DNA of 45,954 nucleotides from Candidatus Saccharimonadota bacterium (GTDB lineage Bacteria; Patescibacteriota; Saccharimonadia; Saccharimonadales; CAIOMD01): NCBI GenBank assembly GCA_018062805.1, contig JAGORN010000002.1, positions 1 to 45,954 of the forward strand, read 5' to 3'. Shown piece by piece: positions 11,094 to 18,824 of this stretch (position 1 is its first letter; each line of letters starts with the position of its first letter). The notes under the pieces were generated by a model. It saw only the letters and a program-made list of their open reading frames with translations, ran no database searches and was not told where the DNA came from. The position numbers and the translations under genes were made by a program.

Positions 11094-12233
11094 ATGGTTA
11101 ATACCAAATCTTTAGCTACTCGTTCAGTTGCAGCTATATCAGCACTAGCGCTAACAGTATCAGCCGTTGTCCCCCTGCTAACAAGCTCGGCTGATGCGGC
11201 TCAGGTGACCGCAAGGTCAATCAAGATGGGTAAATCCCAACCTAGTGCGACAGACGCCACCTATACAGTTGGCTTCACAATCCCAACTACCGCTTCGGTT
11301 GGTGGTGTAGTCGTAACATTTTGTTCAAACAGTCCAATTGTTGGCGTAGCCTGTACGGCTCCAGCTGGCATGGACGTTAACCCGGGTGGCGGACTAGCAA
11401 TAGCTAATGCTACTGGCCTAACTGGCTTCAGTAAAGACGCTGCCACCGACGCTAACACCTTGGTTTATACCAACGGTACCCCACAAGCAGTTACTGGCCC
11501 ACTAGCTGTAACCTTTGACATGGGTAGCACTGGTGGTGCAGATGGTGTTACTAACCCATCTACTACAGGTAGCTTTTATGCTCGAATAATTACTTTCGAC
11601 ACTCAAGCTAACGCTGCCGCTTACTCTGACGCTAGCGCAACAGTACCAACCGGTGCTATTGACTTTGCTGGTGCTGCTTTAAGTACAGCTACAGTCATTA
11701 ATGTTACTGCTCTAGTCCAAGAAACTTTGAACTTTGCGGTCACTGGCACTGCTGTGACTATGGGTAGTGGTACTCCTCAGGTTATAGATGATACTCAAGA
11801 GTGGATTTCTAACGCCGTCAATATTGACCTAGACACTAATGCTACAAGCGGTCTAAACATCAGACTATTTGGTACCCACCTATTTTCAGGTTCCAACACT
11901 CTAAGTGGCAACGGTACTTTGGGTATCTTGACTGGTTCAGCCAGTAGCCAATTTGGTATCTGTGTTAAAGACTCAATCAATGGTCAAGTTGTAGGTGACG
12001 CTCAGTACGAGACAGCTCACACTAACTGTACAACCCCAGCTAGCTCAACCTTTGCTTGGGACAATGCAGCTACTTCAGCTGTTGGTGGTGACACCGTCTT
12101 TACTTCAGGCGGACCAGTAGATAACGATCCAAACTCGAACGTCGATATTTACTACGCTGCTCGAGCCGACAGTAACGTGCCAGCTGGTCAATACCAAGCT
12201 ACACACCAACTGATCGCTACAGGAACATTCTAA
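11094..12233 (+). CDS. Secreted surface-locus paralog 2a (probable major subunit)
   Basis: 379 aa. Strong SD AAGGAG upstream of the ATG and a signal peptide ending ADA-AQ. Thr/Ala/Gly/Asn-rich, with two Cys pairs. Ends PAGQYQATHQLIATGTF and is followed by its own rho-independent terminator. Confidence 0.8.
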   Translation: MVNTKSLATRSVAAISALALTVSAVVPLLTSSADAAQVTARSIKMGKSQPSATDATYTVGFTIPTTASVGGVVVTFCSNSPIVGVACTAPAGMDVNPGGGLAIANATGLTGFSKDAATDANTLVYTNGTPQAVTGPLAVTFDMGSTGGADGVTNPSTTGSFYARIITFDTQANAAAYSDASATVPTGAIDFAGAALSTATVINVTALVQETLNFAVTGTAVTMGSGTPQVIDDTQEWISNAVNIDLDTNATSGLNIRLFGTHLFSGSNTLSGNGTLGILTGSASSQFGICVKDSINGQVVGDAQYETAHTNCTTPASSTFAWDNAATSAVGGDTVFTSGGPVDNDPNSNVDIYYAARADSNVPAGQYQATHQLIATGTF

Positions 12234-12259
12234 AAACTTTCCTACTTCGTTCAGCAAAA

Positions 12260-12300
12260 ACACTCCCGCGCAGTTTGTCTGTAAGGGAGTGTTTTATTTT
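12260..12300 (+). terminator. Rho-independent terminator after the first paralog copy
   Basis: ACACTCCC (12260-12267) pairs with GGGAGTGT (12285-12292), followed by TTTATTTT. Confidence 0.7.
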
Positions 12301-12441
12301 ACAAGTAGATTTACCTGTGGATAACTTAAGCATTTTATTATTGCCCTAGGCACGTAAGAAGTTGTAAACTGGTAAGTGCATAAGGTACAAATAAAAACAC
12401 CAAAAGCAATACAAAAAAATAAAAACATAAGGAGAAAAGAA

Positions 12442-13581
12442 ATGGTTAATACCAAATCTTTAGCTACTCGTTCAGTTGCAGCTATATCAGCTATCGCACT
12501 AACAGTAGCAGCCGTCGTCCCCCTGCTAACCAGCTCGGCTGATGCGGCTCAGGTGACCGCAAGGTCAATCAAGATGGGTAAATCCCAACCTAGTGCGACA
12601 GACGCCACCTATACAGTTGGCTTCACAATCCCAACTACCGCTTCAGTTGGTGGTGTAGTCGTAACATTTTGTTCAAACAGTCCAATTGTTGGCGTAGCCT
12701 GTACGGCTCCAGCTGGCATGGATGTTAACCCGGGCAGTGGTCTGGTTGTTGCCAACCCAACTGGTTTAGCTGGCTTCAGTAAAAACGCTGCCACAGATGC
12801 TAACACCTTGGTTTATACCAACGGTACCCCACAAGCAGTTACTGGCCCACAAGCTGTAACTTTTGATATGGGTAGCTCTGGTGGTGCAGATGGTGTTACT
12901 AACCCATCTACTACAGGTAGCTTCTATGCTCGAATAATTACTTTCGACACCCAAGCTAACGCTGCTGCTTACTCAGACGCTAGCGCCACAGTACCAACTG
13001 GTGCTATTGACTACGGTGGTGTCGCTTTGTCAACTAACGCAGTCATTAATGTTACTGCTCTAGTCCAAGAAACTTTGAACTTTGCTGTAACCGGCACAGC
13101 TGTAACTATGGGAACAGGAACTCCACAAGTTATTAACGACACCCAGCAGTGGATCTCTAACGCTGTCAACATTGACCTAGACACTAACGCCACAAGCGGC
13201 CTAAATATCAGACTGTTTGGTACCCACCTATTTTCAGGTTCCAACACCTTAACTGGTAACGGTACTTTAGGTATACTAACCGGTTCAGCCGGTAGCCAAT
13301 TTGGTATCTGTGTTAAAGACTCAACTAACACTCAAGTTGTAGGCGACGCTCAGTATGAAACAGCTCACACTAACTGTACAACTCCAGCTAGCTCAACCTT
13401 TGCTTGGGACAATGCAGCTACTTCAGCTGTTGGCGGTGATACTGTCTTTACTTCAGCTGGCCCAGTAGACGATGCAGTTAACTCAAATGTCGACATCTAC
13501 TACGCTGCTCGAGCTGACAACAACATCCCAGCTGGTCAATACCAAGCTACACACCAACTGATCGCTACAGGAACCTTCTAA
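12442..13581 (+). CDS. Secreted surface-locus paralog 2b (tandem duplicate of 11094..12233)
   Basis: The ORF track starts at GTG 12376. ATG 12442 is preceded by the identical ATAAGGAGAAAAGAA SD context of the first copy and yields the same signal peptide. It is 379 aa, collinear with the first copy without indels. Confidence 0.8.
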   Translation: MVNTKSLATRSVAAISAIALTVAAVVPLLTSSADAAQVTARSIKMGKSQPSATDATYTVGFTIPTTASVGGVVVTFCSNSPIVGVACTAPAGMDVNPGSGLVVANPTGLAGFSKNAATDANTLVYTNGTPQAVTGPQAVTFDMGSSGGADGVTNPSTTGSFYARIITFDTQANAAAYSDASATVPTGAIDYGGVALSTNAVINVTALVQETLNFAVTGTAVTMGTGTPQVINDTQQWISNAVNIDLDTNATSGLNIRLFGTHLFSGSNTLTGNGTLGILTGSAGSQFGICVKDSTNTQVVGDAQYETAHTNCTTPASSTFAWDNAATSAVGGDTVFTSAGPVDDAVNSNVDIYYAARADNNIPAGQYQATHQLIATGTF

Positions 13582-13632
13582 GCTTTAAATTTAAAACTAT
13601 TAAACGACGAAAGAACGAAGTAAAATTGATAC

Positions 13633-14712
13633 ATGAACCGCGTACAATATAAAAGCCAACAGTTTTATAGAGTATGGGTTAAATTTGGCAAAGCACTCCT
13701 AATTGTAGGGGTGCTTTTTGCCGTTCTTATATCTCTTTTTGTTAGAGTTGATGCGGCAAATGTATATGACCGGTATGTCAGGTTGTCGAGTAGTGCGCCG
13801 GCAGCAACGGGTGTGGTTTATAATGTTGGCTTTACTATGCCTAGTGCTCAAACTTTAGGCAGTATTGTCATAGAAATTTGCGCTAATTCACCCCTGTATG
13901 GTGTACCTTGCACGGCTCCCAACGGCTTTGTTTGGAACCCAGTTTTAAATACAGAAACAGGGGCGACAGGTTTTAATATTGACCCTTCTACCACCAACAA
14001 CAGAATGGTACTAACAAGACTACCAGGACCAATACCAGCTAACCAAGTTCAGCAGTTTTCATTCAATAACGTAATAAATCCTTACGACGAAGGAACTTTT
14101 TATGCCAAAATTTTTACTTATCCGACAGCTGACGCTAGCGGGTCAGAAACAGATTTTGGAGCCATGGCCATGCATATCCATCAGCCTTACGGTGTTTCTG
14201 CTGAAGTACCACCATATTTATATTTTTGTAGTGCCACTGTTATATCTTCTTTTGATTGCCAATCAGCTACCGGAAGTTACATTAACCTAGGAGAATTGAG
14301 TAAGACTGGTACAGTCACAGCAACTTCTCAGATGGTAGCCGCTACTAACGCCGATTATGGCTTCAATATTACAATAAACGGTAAAACTATGACTTCTGGT
14401 GTAAATATCATACCTGGCCTGTCTTCGCCAGCTACAGCCGCCCCAGGTACTTCTAGGTTTGGTATTAATTTAGTTGGCAACAGTAACCCAGCGGCCGGTA
14501 GTTCGGTAGTTGGGGCGGGAGTAGCAACACCAGCTCCTGGTTATGATACCCAAAATGTCTTTAAGTTTGTCGACGGTGACACTATTGCAACTACACCAGA
14601 CGTGACTTTAGAGAATAAATTTACTGTGACTTACATGGTTAATGTCAATAAAGACCAAAAACCAGGAATTTATACGACAACTTTAATTTATAATATTCTT
14701 GCATCGTTTTAA
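13633..14712 (+). CDS. Secreted surface-locus paralog 3
   Basis: 359 aa with a signal/anchor ending VDA-AN. The N-terminal module YNVGFTMPSAQTLGSIVIEICANSPLYGVPCTAPNG parallels YTVGFTIPTTASVGGVVVTFCSNSPIVGVACTAPAG of paralogs 2a/2b. The C-terminal module parallels paralog 1. Ends PGIYTTTLIYNILASF. Confidence 0.75.
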   Translation: MNRVQYKSQQFYRVWVKFGKALLIVGVLFAVLISLFVRVDAANVYDRYVRLSSSAPAATGVVYNVGFTMPSAQTLGSIVIEICANSPLYGVPCTAPNGFVWNPVLNTETGATGFNIDPSTTNNRMVLTRLPGPIPANQVQQFSFNNVINPYDEGTFYAKIFTYPTADASGSETDFGAMAMHIHQPYGVSAEVPPYLYFCSATVISSFDCQSATGSYINLGELSKTGTVTATSQMVAATNADYGFNITINGKTMTSGVNIIPGLSSPATAAPGTSRFGINLVGNSNPAAGSSVVGAGVATPAPGYDTQNVFKFVDGDTIATTPDVTLENKFTVTYMVNVNKDQKPGIYTTTLIYNILASF

Positions 14713-14771
14713 CATAAGCTTGTATAATAGAAACTAATAATTAACTAAACGGAAATAAACAAGGAGAATTT

Positions 14772-15746
14772 GTGAGAAAATTAGCTCTAAGCGCATTACT
14801 AATGTCGTTTGTGGTATTAACTGGTTTTGGTGCGGTTACTAACGCCCAGAATCCAAATAATAACGGTTCAGGCTACCGAGTGTCGCCAGTGCTTGAAGAA
14901 AAAACAATTGAACGGGGAACTTCAATTGTTACTAAACTATACGTTGAAAATACTACCAACAGCCCAGTTGAGACTAAAGCCATTATTAATAACTTTGTGG
15001 CTGACGGAGAAACAGGCGAGCCCAAAGTAGATGTTGAAAATAAGCTCGAAATATCGAACGATTTTCGTAAAATTGTCAGCCCAATTCCTAACTTCAATTT
15101 GAATCCTAAAGAACGTAAGGAGATTCCAGTAATCTTGACTGTGCCTAAAGACTCAAGTCCTGGTGGCTATTACGGAGCTATTAGGTTTTTACCAGCTAGC
15201 ACTAGTACCGAAGACGCCAAGGTTAACCTATCGGCTAGCGTCGGTACAATATTTTTGATCAATGTACCAGGTAACTTAACTGAAAAACTCTCATTAGCTG
15301 ACTTTGCTGTGACTAATAACGGCAAACAAGGCTTTTTGTTTGTTAATGCTACCAACGGTTTAGCAACTACAATTAAGCTTCAGAACACTGGTAACATACA
15401 CTTGAAGCCATTTGGAAAGGTGCAAATAACTAAGTCTGGCAAAGTTGTAGAGGAATTTGAATTTAACGACCAACAGAGTGGATCAGGTAATGTCTTGCCA
15501 GGTCAAACGCGTGCCTTTGAACATAAATTTAAAAACGATAAATGGTTTGGAAAATACACTGTTTCTGCTAACTTGAGTTATGGTGATGGTGGCGATCTCA
15601 TTACAGCCAATAAAACTTTTTGGGTGGTCCCAACATGGCTAGCTGTATTGTCAGTAATAACCTTAGCGGCTCTAGTTTTCGGTGCAATTTACTTCTTTGC
15701 TAAAAAGTCTAGTAAAGGCAAAACATCAGTTCATAAACGAAGATAA
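14772..15746 (+). CDS. DUF916/DUF3324-like (WxL-interacting-protein-like) surface protein with a C-terminal TM anchor
   Basis: 324 aa, with SD AAGGAG 5 nt before the GTG. Signal peptide ending TNA-QN. YRVSPVLEEKTIERG...LYVENTTNSPVE and LTVPKDSSPGGYYGAIRF resemble the DUF916 blocks of Firmicute WxL loci. The C-terminal TM helix (WLAVLSVITLAALVFGAIYFF) is followed by a basic tail KKSSKGKTSVHKRR. Confidence 0.55.
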   Translation: MRKLALSALLMSFVVLTGFGAVTNAQNPNNNGSGYRVSPVLEEKTIERGTSIVTKLYVENTTNSPVETKAIINNFVADGETGEPKVDVENKLEISNDFRKIVSPIPNFNLNPKERKEIPVILTVPKDSSPGGYYGAIRFLPASTSTEDAKVNLSASVGTIFLINVPGNLTEKLSLADFAVTNNGKQGFLFVNATNGLATTIKLQNTGNIHLKPFGKVQITKSGKVVEEFEFNDQQSGSGNVLPGQTRAFEHKFKNDKWFGKYTVSANLSYGDGGDLITANKTFWVVPTWLAVLSVITLAALVFGAIYFFAKKSSKGKTSVHKRR

Positions 15747-15769
15747 TCCCTCAGAAAAGGGGAAAGTGC

Positions 15770-16672
15770 ATGACCCACAAAAAACAACAAAACTTCATAA
15801 AAAACTTAAGAGTAGGATTGTTGTTTGTCTTGGCGCTAATCTTTGTTTTGGTGCTGAGTGGGTTCGCCAAGGCAGTTGTTAACCCTCAGGAAGATGGCGT
15901 TGGTGTTGAAGGCAAAATTAGTGCACCACCACCAACTGCTGCCCCGACCATATCTAGCCCAGCCAATAGCCGGACAATAACAGAGTCACCAGTTACCGTC
16001 ACCGGTATTTGTCAGACTAACTTATTGGTTAAATTGTTCAAGAACAATGTTTTTGCTGGCTCAGCGTTATGTCAAAACGGAAGCTACTCTATAGTGGCAG
16101 ACTTATTTAGTGGGTCGAATGAGCTAGTTGTTAGAGCATATGACGACTTAGACCAGTCTAGCCCTGATTCTAACGTGGTCGTAGTAACTTTTGCTGATGG
16201 TAACCGTCCAGATACACTAGCCCGAATAACCATGACCACCATTTTCGCAAAAAGAGGTGCCGACCCAGGTAAAGACTTAGCTTGGCCAATTTCCATTTCC
16301 GGTGGCTCGGCTCCATACGCAGTCAGTGTAGATTGGGGTGACGGCAGCTTAGCTGATGTCTACTCAGTAGCATTTCCTGGTGAATTTATCATTAAACATA
16401 AATATGAACAGTCCGGTATTTACAGAGTTTTGGTAAAAGCGAGTGATGTCAACGGAGCTGTTGGTTACCTGCAAATAACCGCTATAGCCAACGGAACTCC
16501 TGGTCAAGATGTGGCAGGAGCCGAAGACAAAAATGCTACTACAAAAGTCCGTATTCTTTGGCAACCCATGCTAGTTTTTATCCCACTTCTAATAACAACT
16601 TTCTGGCTTGGAAAAAGATATGAGTTACTTCGAATTAAGAAGCGCTTCATGAAAGGCGAAGATCCTTTTTAG
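15770..16672 (+). CDS. Membrane-anchored Ig-like/PKD-domain protein
   Basis: 300 aa. N-terminal hydrophobic segment ending AKA-VV, then an Ig-like segment (ITESPVTVTGICQTNLLVKLFKNNVFAGSALCQNGSYSI...VVRAYDD). PKD-like signature VDWGDGS...HKYEQSGIYRVLVKASDVNGA, then a C-terminal TM helix and a basic tail. Confidence 0.6.
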   Translation: MTHKKQQNFIKNLRVGLLFVLALIFVLVLSGFAKAVVNPQEDGVGVEGKISAPPPTAAPTISSPANSRTITESPVTVTGICQTNLLVKLFKNNVFAGSALCQNGSYSIVADLFSGSNELVVRAYDDLDQSSPDSNVVVVTFADGNRPDTLARITMTTIFAKRGADPGKDLAWPISISGGSAPYAVSVDWGDGSLADVYSVAFPGEFIIKHKYEQSGIYRVLVKASDVNGAVGYLQITAIANGTPGQDVAGAEDKNATTKVRILWQPMLVFIPLLITTFWLGKRYELLRIKKRFMKGEDPF

Positions 16673-16753
16673 TAGTTGCAAAACTAGTAAGGTATCGTAA
16701 ACAGTAACCGAGCTATAATTTAAACTGTTATATTTCTGATAGAATAGTCACTG

Positions 16754-17788
16754 ATGCAAAAAGTATTTGTAGGTTTATCTGGTGGTGTTGACAGCTCGGT
16801 AGCTGCTTTGTTGCTAAAACAACAGGGCTACTTGGTTACTGGTGTTTATATGAAGAATTGGAGTCAGAGTTTACCTGGCTTTAGTTGTCCATGGAAAGAG
16901 GACTACCAAGACGCCAAAAGAGTGGCTGTTCAACTCGGTATTGATTTTCTGCTTTTTGACTTTGAAAAACAGTACAAGCAAAAGGTAGTCGACTACATGC
17001 TAGATGAATATCGTCTGGGCAATACACCAAACCCAGACATCATGTGTAACCAAGAAATAAAGTTTAAGCTTTTTTTAGAAGCATCTATGCAAGCGGGAGC
17101 TGACCTAGTAGCCACTGGCCATTACGCTAAAACAGATAAGGGTCATTTATATAAAGCAAGGGACCAAAAAAAAGATCAGACCTATTTTCTATATCGGGTT
17201 TCTAGTAGCGCTTTAGAAAAAACACTATTTCCGCTAGGTGATTACTTAAAAACTGAAATAAGAGAAATAGCTACTAAGAACAACTTAGTTACTAAAGACA
17301 AAAAAGAAAGTATGGGCATTTGCTTTGTCGGAAAAGTAGGCATAAAAGACTTTCTGGCAAATTTTGTTAATACCGAACCCGGACCGGTTATAGATCAGCA
17401 CGGCATAGAAGTTGGGACTCATGACGGTGCCATATTCTACACTATTGGTCAGCGCCATGGTTTGAAAGTTGGTGGTGGTTTGCCTTATTTTGTTACCGCT
17501 AAAGATATGGCTACCAACACAGTTTTTGTAACAAGCCAGTTAGACGACGAGAAGTTATGGAGCCGAAATATAGAGTTAGTCTCCTGTCACTACATTAACG
17601 CACGGCCGAGCAAAAATAAGAATTACCAGGTGCGTATTAGACATCAGGGCGAATTGCTTGAAGCTCAAATAGCTGATAGCCAAATTAAACTGAAAGATGC
17701 CGTTAAGGCACTTAACCCTGGTCAGTCGGTGGTAATTTACGACCAACGAGAAGTTCTAGGTGGCGGTATCATATCGACCACCAGCTAG
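16754..17788 (+). CDS. mnmA: tRNA-specific 2-thiouridylase
   Basis: 344 aa. PP-loop VGLSGGVDSSVAA, NPDIMCN and GHYA motifs, and the MGICFVG block. Confidence 0.9.
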   Translation: MQKVFVGLSGGVDSSVAALLLKQQGYLVTGVYMKNWSQSLPGFSCPWKEDYQDAKRVAVQLGIDFLLFDFEKQYKQKVVDYMLDEYRLGNTPNPDIMCNQEIKFKLFLEASMQAGADLVATGHYAKTDKGHLYKARDQKKDQTYFLYRVSSSALEKTLFPLGDYLKTEIREIATKNNLVTKDKKESMGICFVGKVGIKDFLANFVNTEPGPVIDQHGIEVGTHDGAIFYTIGQRHGLKVGGGLPYFVTAKDMATNTVFVTSQLDDEKLWSRNIELVSCHYINARPSKNKNYQVRIRHQGELLEAQIADSQIKLKDAVKALNPGQSVVIYDQREVLGGGIISTTS

Positions 17789-17807
17789 GAGTCTCAAGAT
17801 AGAAAAA

Positions 17808-18737
17808 CTATGTTTGCTGGTAAATCTGCTTAGTTCGTTTAATTGTCTCTTCAAGGGTTAGCTTAAGAAGTTTGTTATAGTCGTTTATAGGTGGGAGGGA
17901 AGTTCTATCATAAAAAAGATTTTTATCTTGTCCTGCATAATTAGTAATGCAGAACTCATCTGGATAGAATTTATGAGCATCTATTAAAGAAACTTCGCCC
18001 GCTATATATTGGCTATAATACTTATTAAAGTTCCCCGAGTAAACTGTGTTTAAGGGCGCCTTATTTGTCCTTGGAGACAAATGATGTCTCGTTATTTTCA
18101 TTGTTTCCACTCGGCTATCTCTGTTTTCGTTGACTATATACTCCGCCATGCCAGTCGTAATTATTTTCTGAGTTGAGTTGACTATCTCTGGGGTAGCAAC
18201 TTCATTTCCTAGGTCAGCAAAAATGGTGTAGGCTTTTGAGCCATTTTGACCCAAGCTAGCGTAAAAATCAGCTACTAGCTCTGGTGAAGCCGACTCTAGT
18301 AGACCAAAATAATTGTCTGGCCGTTCAGCCCCTTTTAGGCCAGCTAAAATTGTTAAATAATCAGACAGCTCTATCTGGTAAAATCTTGCATCATCGATAG
18401 CTAATTGGTGTATATTTTTATTTTTCAGCAGACTAATTTTTTGGTTTTGACCTTTTAAGTCAATAACGACCGTTTCATCTAGACCTCTTCTAAGTATAGA
18501 TTGCCCGCTCATGTTTAAAATCTCATTAGGCTCAAGTGCAAATTTAAAAAAATCAGCCAAGTAAGCCGGTAGGTGGCCCATATATGGTCGTACCAAGCCA
18601 TCGAACCTTACTTCTATTATTTCTGCTAGCGACTGGATGTCTCGGCTAGCTGCTTCTAGTTCAAAAAAACTATTTAGTAGATCGTAGTCGGCCTGAACTG
18701 CTTCTATGTCAGATTTTTCATGTATTTGTTCGCTCAC
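17808..18737 (-). CDS. Hypothetical protein
   Basis: 309-aa ORF with a GTG start, the only long ORF on either strand across this interval. No TM segment and no motif I recognise. Confidence 0.5.
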   Translation of the reverse strand: MSEQIHEKSDIEAVQADYDLLNSFFELEAASRDIQSLAEIIEVRFDGLVRPYMGHLPAYLADFFKFALEPNEILNMSGQSILRRGLDETVVIDLKGQNQKISLLKNKNIHQLAIDDARFYQIELSDYLTILAGLKGAERPDNYFGLLESASPELVADFYASLGQNGSKAYTIFADLGNEVATPEIVNSTQKIITTGMAEYIVNENRDSRVETMKITRHHLSPRTNKAPLNTVYSGNFNKYYSQYIAGEVSLIDAHKFYPDEFCITNYAGQDKNLFYDRTSLPPINDYNKLLKLTLEETIKRTKQIYQQT

Positions 18738-18824
18738 GGAAACTTACTATACCATACTTAAAAATAATTGCTAGACTTAGTAGAAACACCCTATAACACT
18801 TGTGCTAAAATATTATAAGAAATT

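Larger units (their letters stand above)
11081..13581 (+). repeat. Tandem direct duplication of a complete surface-protein gene (unit offset 1348 bp)
   Basis: 11081..12233 and 12429..13581 align base for base from the SD (ATAAGGAGAAAAGAAATG) to the stop codon. Flanking DNA is not obviously similar. Confidence 0.9.

Noticed and set aside
10966-12324. A replication origin (oriC), inferred from the DnaA boxes.
   Set aside because: There are only two boxes, about 1.35 kb apart. There is no adjacent dnaA/dnaN, no cluster of boxes and no obvious AT-rich unwinding element. A regulatory role, or coincidence, is more likely.
12376-12441. The longer N-terminal extension of the second paralog given in the ORF track (GTG 12376, MHKVQIKTPKAIQKNKNIRRKE...).
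   Set aside because: ATG 12442 is preceded by exactly the same SD context as ATG 11094 in the first copy and gives an identical signal peptide. The extension is A-rich promoter/leader DNA. The same reasoning rejects the ORF-track starts at 20059, 21632 and 38391, which lie inside upstream genes.
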